NCBI GenBank assembly: GCA_004431415.1
Contig: QPMI01000023.1
Coordinates: 124,001 to 188,000, forward strand
Length of the DNA: 64,000 bases
DNA from: Cyanophora paradoxa CCMP329
Lineage: Eukaryota > Plantae > Glaucophyta
Direction: 5' to 3'
Below, one piece after another: positions 1 to 11,980 of this stretch (its first letter is position 1; each line of letters starts with the position of its first letter). A program made the translations under genes and the position numbers. The notes below the pieces were generated by a model. The model saw only the letters and a program-made list of their open reading frames with translations. It did no database searches and had not been told where the DNA came from.

Positions 1-2043
1 GTTAATCAGGAGTTTTACGCTCGCGTACCGAGGACGGGCTGCGGCGTAGGTGCCAACGGAAGCGCCGACGGGCTTGGCGACGGGCTTGGAGAGGGGCTTG
101 GCGACGGGCTCGGGCTGGGAGTCGGGCTCGGGCTGGGCGTTGCGCTCGGAGTAGGCGACGGGCTCGGGGTAGGCACGCAATTCACTGCAGGGGTTGCTCG
201 GTAAGACAAACCAGTACTAGTGCCGGCTGCAGTTATAGGCCTAGATCTACAGAAAAACGGACCAGTCCCCGTTGCATTGAAACCGCGGTTGACCGAAGTA
301 CTAGTGCCGCCGCTCGGGTCCAGGTAGTCTGGCTGGAACACTATGAAGAGCTTCGCCGAGGGGCCCGATGCGGCGAATGCGGGGAGACTGGCGACGTTGA
401 TGATGCCCGAACCGATGCCTTTGGTCGTTGTCGTCAGGTTTTTGAACGCCGTCCCCGTGAACGCGTATACCTTAAGTTGTTTATTAGTTAAACAGTAATA
501 AGAATATTAATGACCGCGGAGCTCGAGTTAGAAAATCCGCGAAGCGGAAAGCTCGAACACTTACATATGCCGTGTCGGCCGGATCCGGAACGCTACCGGC
601 GATGGTCTCGAACTCGGCGTTCTTAAAGGACAGCGTGACGTTGCTGGTGTTAGCGCAGCTGGTCGGCACTTCGAAGACCCTGCCGGACGCCGACGGTCGC
701 AGTGAACATGTACATCTCAACTTCAAGGAGCTCGATCTCAAATACAGATCTAGAGACCGCACCAGACGCCGAAGTTGCCCTTGCTGTAAGGTCCGTAGCT
801 GACGGAGGCCGTCGCGTTGTATGTGGCAGCAGTGAAGCTCGTGACTGCGTCGCAGTTCGCGCAAATATCGCTGGTCGAATCAGTCGAAAAAACTTCAAGC
901 GCCGGTGCTGCCGTTGGGGTCGCTGGAAAGTCCATTAGCGCTAGCAATGCATGCCAGGTTACAAACAAGAACTAGATGCAGGCGCGCTTACTCCCAGCTT
1001 TAGGAACGCTCCAGTACCGCGCCGTAAATGTCCAGGACTCGTAGACGTGCCAAAAGAAGACCAGCACATTCGAAGAGTGCGAGGTGACCACGGAGCCGCC
1101 AGTTTTGAGGCTGCTGCCGATGGCCAGCAGAGCCGGCGGCGAAACGCCGAAGTCCACAACCTGCGTGCATAGAATTTTAACTAAGCTTCAATCAATCAAT
1201 TCAGCTTGGAAGGGGAAGAATGGGAGGAGCGGGGGAAGGGGAGGGGCTGGGGGGCAAGGGGGGGGGGGGGGGGCTGGGGGGGGAGGGAGGAGGGGAGGGG
1301 CTGTGGCCTAGCTATAGTGGGTGAAAACAAATTTGCTCGGATAGCCCTAATAGGTCTGGCCAGGCAGAAAGGGGGTGGCCCCCTCCCCACGCGTCGCTGT
1401 TTCCAGCGGCTCGGCCGGACTAGCTAAAGTGGATGGGGATGGGGGGTGGGGCCCGCGGGGCAGGGGGTGGGTGGGTGGGGGTGGGGGGGGGGGTGGGGGG
1501 GGGGGTAGGTGGGGCGTGGGGCGCTCAGAAATCAGTTCCTGAAAAGCCGGACTAGTGCGCGCGCGCCAGCGTTGCAAGCCTGGCCATAGCGTTCGCATTT
1601 GCACGAGCGCACCTTGAGGCCGGTCCCATTGTATGCCCACCTGCCGATCGCTGGAAGAACCTGAGAGACGAACTCCACGCGGATGACCTCGCCCGCCGCC
1701 GCCGTGATAGCCCTGGACACGCATATATGCTTGAGCTCAAAAGCAAAGGCTGGAGCAAAGGCTCAAAGGCTTTGAATGATCATGAGATGGCGCCGGCGCA
1801 CCAGGCGTAAGAGTCTTCGAAGAGGTTGCCGTAGTTGCTAGTGTAGCTGATGTTCAGCCAGGCCGGTGTTGAGGAGGCGACCAGGGCGCCCGGCTGCGTG
1901 CTCTGCGCCGAGAGCTGGCCGCTGACCCCGGCCAACGGAGCCAGAATGCAGCTGCAGGCTAGGGCGCAGACGATGATGCTGCAGCTGGCCATGGCCCCAG
2001 CCCGCGGCCGCGACCGCGGCGCCAGCGGCATGACAGCAGTCAT
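1..2043 (-). CDS. Secreted/surface protein, copy A (signal peptide, two CUB-like domains, Pro/Ser linker); multi-exon, continues beyond the left window edge; paralog of 48590-53148
   Basis: Starts MTAVMPLAP...CSIIVCALACSCILAPLAGVSG (signal-peptide-like). CUB-like segments: YGNLFEDSYAWC/AITAAAGEVIRVEF, TSHSSNVLVFFW..WTFTARY, NVTLSFKNAEFE, FQPDY...GFNAT. (PS)n linker at about 60-180. Collinear with copy B. Confidence 0.75.
1334..1420 (+). repeat. Short dispersed intronic repeat (second copy at 45326-45404)
   Basis: The 40-nt core ccctccccacgcgYcgctgtttccagcggctcggccggac matches 45365-45404 at 39/40 positions. The upstream tgctcggatag...ggccaggcag block is also shared. Confidence 0.8.
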
Positions 2044-2680
2044 GATCTGCTGCTGCTGATATCGATGTTCTGGTATGATGGTCTAACACGGTGACAACCT
2101 GCGCCGGCCGCGGCGCCGATTCAAACCTCGGCTCGTCCGATCCGATGGTCCTGGGCCTCCTGGCTCTAGCACTTGCCGGCGGCAGCACTCTGCAGAAGCA
2201 GACTGCGCAGCCGCTGACGACTCGGCACACGTACGGCGCGGCGGATGGGCCGGGGCTACGACGTCCGACGTCCGACGGGGCTCCGCGTGTGGCGCACCGG
2301 CTCAGCTATCGTCTTGGCTCGCGGCGTCCGCCAGGGAGCTGCTGCTGCCGCCTGCCGGAGACCGTCGGACGTAACTGCCGCGGTGCCAAGTTGGCCAGCG
2401 CGGGGGTACAGCGTTCAGAATGTGTCGGAGCCTGGCTTCAAGGCTGGTACGTGCTTACGCATGCGCACAGTGGCGCCGCGCACGCAGTCTAGCTCTAGCG
2501 ACCGTACGCGTCTTCAAGGCTTCGGCAGAAGCAAACATGCTTTTGCAAAAATGCATTTGGCCGTGGAGGGCGCAACCCGCCGCTGCAGGACCGGAATAGC
2601 GCGGCGACCGGCGCCGGCGCCGGCGCCCGCTGCAGCTGCAGGCCTAGGCGGCCCGGCGCGCGCGGCGGCCCGGCCTACCT

Positions 2681-4540
2681 TCAGCGCAGCTGCTGCAGCG
2701 CGGCGCGGGCGGCGGCGAGGCGCTCGAAGGGCGGGTCCACTGTGGCGCTCGCCGGCAGCCGCTCCCGCGGGACATCCAGCGCCCTGCGCACAGGCCGCTC
2801 GCCTCGCCTGCCTCAGCTCAGCTGGAGCGCACGTGCGGGCGCGCCTGACGAGCGGGGGGTACAGGAGGGCGGCGTCCAGGAAGGCGGCGGCCTCCGGGGC
2901 CGACCAGGCGGGACCCGGCCAGACGCGGACGGCGCAGCGCCCGGGGAGGGCCGCCAGGGCGCCCGCCACGTCCGCGGGCGAGGCCGGGGCGGACGGGGCG
3001 GACGAGCCCGGCCGCGAGCCGCGGATCGGGCAGCGCCTCAGCCAGAGCTCCCGCAGCGAGGCCACGCCTGCGGCGAAAGCTGAGGCTGGGGGTCGGGAGG
3101 GCATCGCGCCGGGGGTACCGGCACCTGCGAGGGAGCGCAGGGCGGCCGGGCGCAGGGGGCACCCCTCCAGAGTGATCCTTTTTTTGGGGGGGGGTACGGA
3201 TTAGAAGAGGGGAAAGAGGTGCGAGAGGTAGAGGGGGACAGGGCGCACTCGGCGAGGCCGGCGAGGGGCGGGGCGTCGGTACCCCCCTCCATCTCGAGGG
3301 GCAGGGGCTCGCAGGAGACGAGGGTGAGGGAGGGGGCGAGGGCCCAGTGTACCCCCGCGAAGGCGGCGGGGGCGAGGAGGGAGAAGGCGGCCTCGGAGGG
3401 GTACGAGGTGAGGAGGGCGCGGCAGCGGAGGCCGGCGGCGGCGGCGGCCCGCACGTCGGCCTCCGAGGGGAGCTCGAGGGTGTGGGCGAGGCGCAGCCGG
3501 GGCGCCCGCCCCAGCGCCCCCGCCAGCGCCCTCGCCTGCAGCACGGCCCCCAGGCACTCCAGCGATTTCATCGCCGGCAGCTGCGAGGGGCCGGGAAAGC
3601 GCGTCAGATGGGGAGGGGGGGGGGGAAAGAACGGCCGGGGGTACGGCCGCGCGCGGACCAGCTTGGGATCGTCGACGCGGGCGAAGACGGGGGGGGACAG
3701 CGGCCGCCGGTACCGGACGCTCAGCTCGCGCAGGCCATCCGCGAACGGCGCCTGGCGCCGAGGTTAGGAAGAGGGGGGAAGAACCCTAGGGGGGTACCAC
3801 GCCTTGTTGAGGCGGAGGGCGGAGGTGACGTGCTCGAGGCCGGAGCGGGCGAGGGGCGGCTCGCGCGGGAGGAGCACGTCCAGAGCCTCCAGCGACTCCG
3901 GCGCGGCCGCGAGCGCCCGCCACAGGTGCAGGCCGTCCAGGTCCAGGGGGGTACCCCCGGCGACGCAGCGGAGGGCGAGCGAGCGGGCGCCGGCCCACGC
4001 CGGCCGAGCGAGGATCTCGGCGGCGTCCCGGGCGGACACGGCGTCCCGCGCCGCGTGCTCGAGCTCCGCCGCCTCGGCGCGCAGCTCCGCCTCGTACGAG
4101 GGCAGGTGGCCCCGCCCCAGCTCGCCCCGGAGGGCCGCCAGCCGGCGGCGCAGCTCGCCGCGGAAGGCCGCGCCCTCGAGCACGTCGCCCGCAACGCTGC
4201 GCATCCCGCGCCGCTCAGCGCTCGAATCGCGGGGTCGTTTTCGATGAAGCGCACGTCAGGACGAGGCGGGCCGGCGGGGGCGCTTCGCGGACGACGGAGC
4301 GCCATCGCCTGCAGACGGCGGCGGCCCTCATGCGGTCCAGCGGGCCGTCGAGGAGCACCAGCATTGCCGCGAGGACGTCCCTCGGCACGGCCCGCGTCGC
4401 CGCGTCCGCCTCGCCGTCCCCGTCGTCGGGCCCGCCGTCCGCGCCGTCTGTGAGGGCGTCCGTCAGAAAGAGCTTTCTGCCGGCGGGAAACGAACACGTA
4501 CATGCGCACCCGAGGGTCGGTCGGGAAGGCCGGGCCTCAT
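2681..4540 (-). CDS. F-box protein with LRR/RNI-like C-terminal region, copy A (start codon unresolved)
   Basis: Minus-strand frame at 4388-4290 reads VPRDVLAAMLVLLDGPLDRMRAAAVCRRWRSV (F-box pattern; not in the ORF track). Downstream exons have LEALDV, LRELWLRRC-type leucine repeats. The spliced last exon ends ...AALQQLR-TGA at 2681. Confidence 0.65.
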
Positions 4541-4833
4541 GATCACCGGCAGCTCCAATCGGCCGCTAACTGACGCGCAATGTGCAGAGCTGTGCAGAGC
4601 AGTAAAGCTGAGAAAGCTGAAGCTGAGCAAAGCTGAGAAAGCTCCGACGCGGGGGTACGTGCAACAGGCAGGGCCAACTCCGGCCCAGCCCCGACCACTC
4701 CGAGCGTCTTAAGCGAGTGAACTCGCTTAGCTAAACAGATTCGAGCAGCTTCCGGAACCGCCTTAGCTCGGCGAGGCGTCCGGGGCTTCCTCGACTTGCA
4801 GCCGAGTGACGGCCCAACGCAGCGCGTGCGAGG
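4541..4833. promoter_or_regulatory. Short divergent intergenic region between the F-box and SPX-EXS genes, with AAAGCTGAG tandem units and a dyad
   Basis: About 300 bp between head-to-head genes. aaagctgag-like units at about 4604-4643. Inverted repeat taagcgagt-ga-actcgctta at 4710-4729. Both are preserved in copy B (dyad 55848-55867). Confidence 0.45.
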
Positions 4834-7800
4834 ATGAAGTTCGGAAAGCGCCTCCGCGAGAATGCTGTTCCCGGTTCGTTCCTCGCGCTAGAAGTTTGGC
4901 GGCCGCGCCGCCGCGGCACCGACCTGGAACGGAGCATGCGAGTCGGCCCGGCAAGCGTCGTCTGCGCCTGCAAAAGAAAGAGCGATCGACATAGCATCCG
5001 AAGCCTGCCCTCCCAAACCGCTGCTCGAACTCGCCCCCGCGCGGCGGCTGATCCTCGGCCCCACTCGCTGCAGAGTGGAACTCCGCTTACATCGACTACA
5101 AGAGCCTGTGCGCCGCCCTGCTCCCGCCTGACGGGGCTCCGGCCGCCCAGTGACGTCGCCGCCCCCTCGCAGGAAGCGGCTGATCAAGGCCCGCCGCGCC
5201 CCGCCGCTGCCTCTGACGCCGCTCTATCACAAGCTCACGCGCAGCGCGGCAGGCCATCAAAGCCGAGCGGCAGGCGGCGGTCGATCGGTGCGCGGATCAA
5301 ATTCGGATGCGAGGGGCGGGTCGCGCTCCTCCGGGATCGAACCCGCGCGCCGCAGGACGCGGGAGGCCCTACCGATTGAGTACCGGCCCACTGCGCCCGA
5401 GCCGCCGCCGGCCGCGGCCGAGCAGCTCCTCGCGCGCGTCCTCCAGCCCCTCACCGGCTCCTCCCGCGGCGTACCCCCCTCCGTCGCGCCCGGGCCCGGC
5501 ACCTCCCCGCGCCCGCCCACCTCCTCCCCGCGCCCGCCCACGGTGCCCCCTGCCGCCCCCTCCCGCCCCCTCCCGAGCCTTGACGCGCGCCCACCGCCCC
5601 GCAGGCCGACGGCATCGGGGCGGACATGGTACCCGACCCGGCGAAGCAGCGTGCGCGTACCCCGAAACGGCTTGTACCCCACTCCCCGAAACTCGGTACC
5701 CCGCAGTCGCCCGGCGCCGCAACCGCTTCTGCTCCGCCGTGAAGATGGTCTCCCTCTGGCGCTCCTGGGCGTGCGTACCCCTCCCCCCGCCCCCTCCTCC
5801 CCGCCTTCCCCCCGAACCAACGGCTCCCCCCCCGCCCCCCCCCCCCTCTCACCCCCCAAAGATCCGGGAACTCGGAGCGCCCGTCCCCCGCCGAGGCGGC
5901 CTTCCTCGAGGCCCTCGAGAGCGAAACTCGGAAGGTGCGCTCCGCAGCCGTACCCCCCCCCGCGAATTTGAGTTCAAGGAGTCGTACCCCCGCAGGCGGC
6001 GAACTTCTACGTGGCGAAGAGCGAGCAGATCCAGGGGCAGTACGCCGACATCCGGAGGCAGATCGCCGCGTACCAGGTCCGCGTACCCCCCTCCGGCTTG
6101 TCCCCCTTCCCTTTCTCGAGCACATTCTTTTTGCAGCGCGCCGGCAATTCCGCGACGGTCGAGGCGCGCCGGGCTATCCTGGAGGTGCGGCGTACCCTCC
6201 CGCTCCCCGATATCGTACCCCCTCCCCGGCCCACGACGGCCGCGTACCCCCGTTCCCAGACCTGCGTCAAGTTCGTCCGCGTCCTCGACATGCTCGAGGT
6301 GCGCGGCCCTACCCATCTCCCGATTCCTGTACCCCCCCCCCTCACCCCACGAACCCCAGAACCGCTTCCGCCTCCTGAACGTTATGGCCGCGACCAAGGC
6401 CGTCAAGGCATCCATCCCCCTTCTCCCGTACCCCCCGCGTGATCCTCCCCCCGACAGAAATACGACAAGGTGACGCGCAGGCGGACGCTGGCCTCGTTCC
6501 GCGCGGCGCTCGACCAGGTGCGCCCGTCCCGTTCGACCCGTCCCGTCGGATCCAGCCCGGCCCGGCGCCGGCCCGGCTGACGCCGCCCCCCGCCCCTGCA
6601 GATGCCGGGACTCTCGTCGGACCTGCTCGAGCACCTCCGCTCCGACATCACCGCCCTCGTCGGTCCGCCCCCGCCGCCCCCGTTGAGCGCCTCAGTGCCG
6701 CCCCTCCTCTTCTTCTCTAGTGCCTGCAGCCTTTAGCCTTCAGCCTAACGCCTTCGCGCCCGACTCGAACCCGCCCGGCCCGACGATGCGGCCCGGCTGA
6801 ACCCGCCCGGCTGACCGTCGGGCCCGACCGGCACGGGCAGCGAACGCGTTCTACGGGGCGAACGCGCGGGCGGCGCGGGAGCGGCTGCGGGTGGAGCCCC
6901 CCGCCGCCTCCTCCGAGCACGTGCGTCCAGAACAGAGGGCAGAGAGAGAAGAGCGGGGCCCGAGAGGAGAGCGGGGCCGCTGGATCGTTCCAGAGCCGAT
7001 GCCGGGCCTGAGGGAGATAGCCTTAGGTGGCATACGTGGCATAGACTCTGCCCTGTCTAGCAACTCTTACAACTCTTCTGCTTAATAGTTGTAGGGCTGA
7101 CCCGCCCCCGCCCCCGCCCCCGCCCCCGCCCCCGCCCCCGCCGGCGCCGGCGCCGGCGGGCAGCGGGCGTTCCTGGAGGGCGGCATGGCGCCGCTTGATA
7201 TCTTTGGGGCTGACGCCGGCGGGAGGGGCTCTGGGGGAGATAGCCTTACATTCGTAGACTCTGCCTTTACAACAGCTCTAAGTAACAACTCTCTTGGGGC
7301 TGATCGCCGCCCGCCTCAGCACGTGTTCCTGGAGGGGCTCTACCTGGGCGTCTCCCTCACCCTCCTCGCCGCCATCGCCCTCGGGTGCGCCCTGCGCCCC
7401 GGCCCCCGGCCCCCCGGCCCCGGCGGCCTGGGCTTTGTGCGCTGGCTCGGTCGGAGGGGGTTGGGCTAGGCCAGACGCCCGGCCGCTCGAACAGCGCCGC
7501 CCTCGTGGGGCTCGAGGGCTGAATCCAATCGAATCCAATCTAATCCAATCGAATCGAATCGATCTGATCTGATCTGATCTGATCTGATCTAAATTTCCCT
7601 TCTTTTCGCGGCAGGGTGGCGCTGGCGCGGGAGGTGGACGAGCCGCTCCTGCGCGCCGTCTTCCCCGTCTTCCGCGGCCTCTGGCCCGCCCCCTCCCCGC
7701 CCTCCCCTTAGCTGCTCGCTCCTCCCCTGAGGCGTGGGGCGCCGGGCGGGCAGCGTGCTGGTGGCGTACCTCTGGTGCTTCGGCGCCATCGTCTTCGTGT

Positions 7801-8688
7801 GCGTGGCTTCGGGGGGGGGGGGGGGGGGGGGGGGGGCTCGCCCTCGCCCCCGCGCACCCGGCCCACCCTCCTCCCCCCTCCCCTTGGCGCGGCGCGGGCG
7901 TGGGCTTGGGCGGGGGCGGAGCCCTCGCCCTCGCCCCCCGCGCGCCCCGGCCCACGCCCCGGTGCAGGATGGGGCGGGCGCGGATCAACTACCGCTTCAT
8001 CCTGGACATCGCCCCCGACGTCGCCCTCGACCACCACGTCCTCTTCCAGGTGAGGGCGGAGGGGGAGGGAGAGGGGGGGGGTAGAGGAGGGCGCCGACGG
8101 CCCTTCGCTCCGCAGAACTGCGCGCTGCTGACGGCGGCGCTCTTCCTCGCCTTCTGGATGTTCTACTCCTCCATCTCCTCCGGCGCCGCCCTCTCCCTCG
8201 CCGTCCGCGCGCCCCGCGCCCTCCCGGCCCCGCCCTTCCAACGCCTCTCCAGGCGGTGGCGCGGCCGCAGTACATCCCGCTGTACGTCTACGCGGCCTTC
8301 GCCCTCCTCGCCCTCGCCCCGCGCCTCCAGCGCACCCGCCACCAGTCCGCCCGCGCCCGCCTGAGGAATGCTTCCCCTGAGGACTGCTTCAGGTACTGCG
8401 GGGTGCTGCGGTGGATCGTGGCGACCCTCTTCCGCGTCTGGACGGCCCCCTTCGTCGAGGTCCGCGGCCCCCCCTTCACCAGCTTGCTCTCGTCGCTTCG
8501 CCCAGGCCCCTCTCATCTCGGGGCCTGACGCCGGCTTCCTTCCCCCCACCCTCCCCTCCCCCCACCCCCAGATCCGCTTCCGGGACGTGTGGCTGGGGGA
8601 TCAGATGACCTCCACGGTCATCTGCATGACCGGTCCGCCGCCTCTTCACCCTTCGTTCGCCCGCGTTTCTCCGGGTACCCGGATTCCC
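4834..8688 (+). pseudogene. SPX-EXS (XPR1/PHO1/SYG1-like) phosphate exporter, 3'-truncated duplicate
   Basis: Spliced SPX start MKFGKRLRENAVP-EWNSAYIDYKSL-KRLIK, KAVK-KYDK; EXS entry INYRFILD, APFVE-IRFRDVWLGDQMTS. Homology with the full copy stops at 8688, so the C-terminal EXS exons are absent. Confidence 0.85.
7522..7590. repeat. (GAATC/GATCT)n pentanucleotide microsatellite in an intron
   Basis: Direct reading. Similar (GATCT)n/(ATCAG)n tracts occur at about 14878-14909, 45598-45625, 45733-45770, 45851-45919, 58783-58811 and 60474-60511. Confidence 0.9.
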
Positions 8689-11600
8689 AACGCTTGAGCA
8701 CCCAGCGGAGCTTGGCGTGGCCTGAGGGGGTACAGGGGTCGGAACGGCGGCAGCATGGGGGAGTGGGGGTAGCGCACCCTCAGGGGATGCGAGGAGGGGG
8801 TGGTACTGGTGGCAGCGGGGAATATCGACAGCGATCTGGGGGAGAGGGGCAAATTGGTCGGGTACGACGTTACTCGACGAGGCGCGGGGGTACCTGGTTG
8901 TCGGCGGGCGTATCGAAGTCGTCGTCGTCCTCGTCGTCGTACCCCATGCCGCCCTCACCCTCCGACGGATCGTACTCAGCCCCCGACTGCGCCGAGAATG
9001 CGTCCCCGTGGGAATTCATGTACCCCCCGGGCCAGCGAACGCACCAGGAGGAGGGCGTGGTCGGGAGAGAGGGGGTGGGCTCCCAGGAGCACGGCCCATA
9101 CCTCCGCCCTGACAAGCGGGGGTACGTCGACCTGCAGGGGTACGTGAGATTCGGAACGGAAGGAGACGGGGTACGGCGCGCCTTGGCCTCGCGGACGATG
9201 TCGGAGTGGGTGGAGGGGTACGCGGCGAGGAGCCGCCGGAACGTCGCGACACGGGCCGCCTGGGAGAGAGGGTAAGAATCTCGGCCGGGGTGCAGCGAAA
9301 GAGCAACGGAAGGGGGGTACGGGCGCGCCTGGTAGACGGCGTCGAGCTCGCGCTCCTCCAAAGGGGCGGAGAGGGCGCGCTGCTGGGCCCAGGTCGCGCG
9401 GGTCCACGAGGAGGAGGGGGCCGGGCTGGGCGGCGAGGCCGGGCGCCGCCCCGCTGCCGTCGGGCTGTCGGGCGACACGGCGAGGAGCCGCCGAGCGGCC
9501 GCAGTGGACGCGGCGGCGGCGGCGGTGGCGGCCGGGGTACGGAGGAGGGAGGGGGCGAGGGAATCTAGGGGGAGTCGAGGATGGGGGGTAGGCTCTGCAG
9601 CTTGGCGATGTGCGCCGAGGAGGAGGCGGCCTTTGGGTCGCCCAGGAGGGCGGCCAGCGGCGCCAGGCTCACCACCGCCACCTGTACCCCTAGAGATTCA
9701 GAGGGAGAAGGGGTGGGACCGAAGGGGAAGGGGGCACGCGCCTCGGGCTCTCGCCGGTGCCAGGGGCCCCCTGAGGGCGGTCGGCGCGGGGGCCGCGGCG
9801 GCGGGGCCCGCGCCGCGCCGCGCCGCTGACCGACTCGCCGCCGCCCTCTTCGTCGGAATCGCTGGGGTCGACGCTGCGGTAGAGCCCGAGGGGTACGGAG
9901 AAGGCCCCCAGGTCGGGCCCGGGCCCGGGCCCAGGGCCGGGCTCCTCCAGGGCGACCAGCTCGCGGTCGGGGTCGCCGCCGGCGGTGAGCCAGAGCTCGA
10001 ACTGGTCGGCGAGGGGCAGGGCGAGCAGCTCGTCCCGCGTCATGGGCGAGACGGCGCCGCCGCTCCGGTTAAAGAGGTGCGGCAGCTGCCCGCGCACCGC
10101 CGCCGGCACGCCGCCCGCCGGCGTCGGCGGCGACCCGCGCGGCTGCGGCCCCGAGGGCGGCGGCGTGCCGAAGACCGAGGCTGAGGAGCGCCTGGCGGGG
10201 GCGCTGGCGCTGTTGCTGTTGTCGCCGTCGCTGGCGCGGGGCGGGCGGCCGGCGCGCGGGGCGGAGGGCGGCGCCGAGGCCGGCCCGCTGCGCTGCAGCT
10301 CGGTCCACCACTCCTTCACCTGGAGCGACGCCGACTTGAGGCGGGGCCGCCGCACCCAGACCCCCGTGGGGCGCGCCCCGTCCGCCCCCGCCCCCTCCTC
10401 ATCGCTCCCGTCGCCGCCGCCGCCGCCGCCGCCGGCCACGAGCGACCGCGTGCTGACGGAGGAGATGGGGTGCCGCAGCGCGGGGGAGCCTCCGGTGCTG
10501 ACGGGCGCCCAGCCGCTGCCGCCGGCCGCGGCGGCCCGCCTTAGGTACGGCTGCTGAAGCAGGTCCCGCGGGTCGGGGCGGAGGACGGGGTCCGGCGTGA
10601 GGCACTCCTCCAGGAACGCCCGGAACTCGCAGGCCGCGGGGCTCTGCCCGGGCAGCAGCCCCCGGATCCACGCCGCGACCTGCCGGACCTGAGCAGGAGC
10701 GGGGGGGAAGGGGATGGAGTCCGCCGGGGTACAGACGGATCTGACCTTGGCCTTGGAGTGTTGGGCCCAGACCTCCCGCCGGCCGCCGGGGGCAGCGCCG
10801 CCCGGGGCGGGGGCGATCGGGGAGGGTACGGCGGAGCCCGAGTCGTCGAGCCTCAGCGCCCTGCGGCGCGGCGCGCGGGCGTCAACGAGAGGGCCCGGGC
10901 AGGGGGGGTGGGGGCATGGAGGGGTACGGGCGCACGCGAGTCCGCCGGAGGCCTCGGAGGCGGAATCGTCCCCGGGTACAGAGACGCGCTCGCGGAGGGC
11001 GCGGAAGACGGCGGCGGGGGTACCGTCCCCTCCCGCGGTCCAGGGGTTCTCCCCCAGGTAGATCTCCACGAGGATGGTGCCCAGGGCCCACACGTCGCTC
11101 TGCGCGGCGCGCGGCGGGTCAGGAAGGCGGGAGGGCGGGGCGGGCGGGGCGGGCGGGGCGGGCCTTCGATCCGTGCGGGCCGGAGTGCGAGGCGGGGCCC
11201 GAGGCCACTACTTCGGGTGCCATGTACTCGGGCCGGCTGCGTGCGGGCGGAACGGGCGGCGTCGGCCTCCGCCCAGCGCCCGGCGGCCCAAGCCGCGCGG
11301 ATCGAATTCGAAGCGGGCGCACGCGATAGGCGAGTCGAGGAAGTGCCCGTGCGCGGTGATGTGGGAGAGCCCGTAGTCGCGTAGCTTGACGTTGCCCTGC
11401 GGCGCCGCTCGGCAGGCGCGGCGGCGGCGGCGGCTGGCGGCCGCGGCGCGCACGGCGTGGTCGAACGCGATGTTGTCGGGCGAGAGGGTCCCGTGGACGA
11501 CGCCGTGCTCGCTGAGGAATGCGAGCGCACGGACGATCTGCAGGCACGCGTTCAACACCGCGTCGCTCGACTCGATCAGCTCTCTGCGTGCGCGGGAAGC

Positions 11601-11980
11601 TCAGGGGCCGGGAGCCGAGCGAGCGAGCGCCGCGCGGCCCACCGCTGCGACCTCCAGCGCGACATGCGGTCCCGAAGTGTCGTGTGATAGTGCTCCGACA
11701 CGACGTGCACGCAGCCTGCGCGGCGGCGCGTTGTCAGTGCGGCGACGAGCTGGCATGGTGCGGCGCTCGCCTCGCCGGCCCCGCCGCGCCGCGATGTACT
11801 GGCATAGGTTCTCGTGGAGCTTCGACAGCGAGCGGAGCTTCTGAAACCTGCGCGGCGGGATGTGCCTTCGACGGGACGCCCGCACGCGAACGCGCGCGTG
11901 CACCTGCCCAGGATCTTCGGGATGAAGCTCTGGCCCTTGGGGGAGAGCCGCCGGATCGCTATCAGCGGCGGCTCCGCCAT
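8689..11980 (-). pseudogene. TBCK: TBC domain-containing protein kinase-like (TBCK), 3'-truncated inside the TBC domain
   Basis: [155 protein letters not shown]. These match TBCK family motifs. The sequence switches to antisense SPX-EXS DNA before the expected YWQG motif and rhodanese domain. Confidence 0.88.

Larger units (their letters stand above)
25..8688. repeat. Segmental duplication, copy A (direct repeat of 51212-59948; probably extends left of the window)
   Basis: Collinear by eye from gtaccgaggacgggctgcggcg (25 / 51212) to ggattccc (8681-8688 / 59941-59948). It covers three genes and their intergenic DNA. Confidence 0.95.

Noticed and set aside
1205-1520. Poly-G/poly-C tracts (also about 17875-17955, 22718-22755, 47100-47145, 52395-52615) as functional G-quadruplex elements
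   Set aside because: They are ubiquitous intronic homopolymers in this genome, unstable between the duplicate copies, with no specific support.
8689-11980. Active protein kinase
   Set aside because: The catalytic HRD is replaced by HGT and DFG by DYG, with no VAIK/Gly-loop evident. This is the normal TBCK pseudokinase state.
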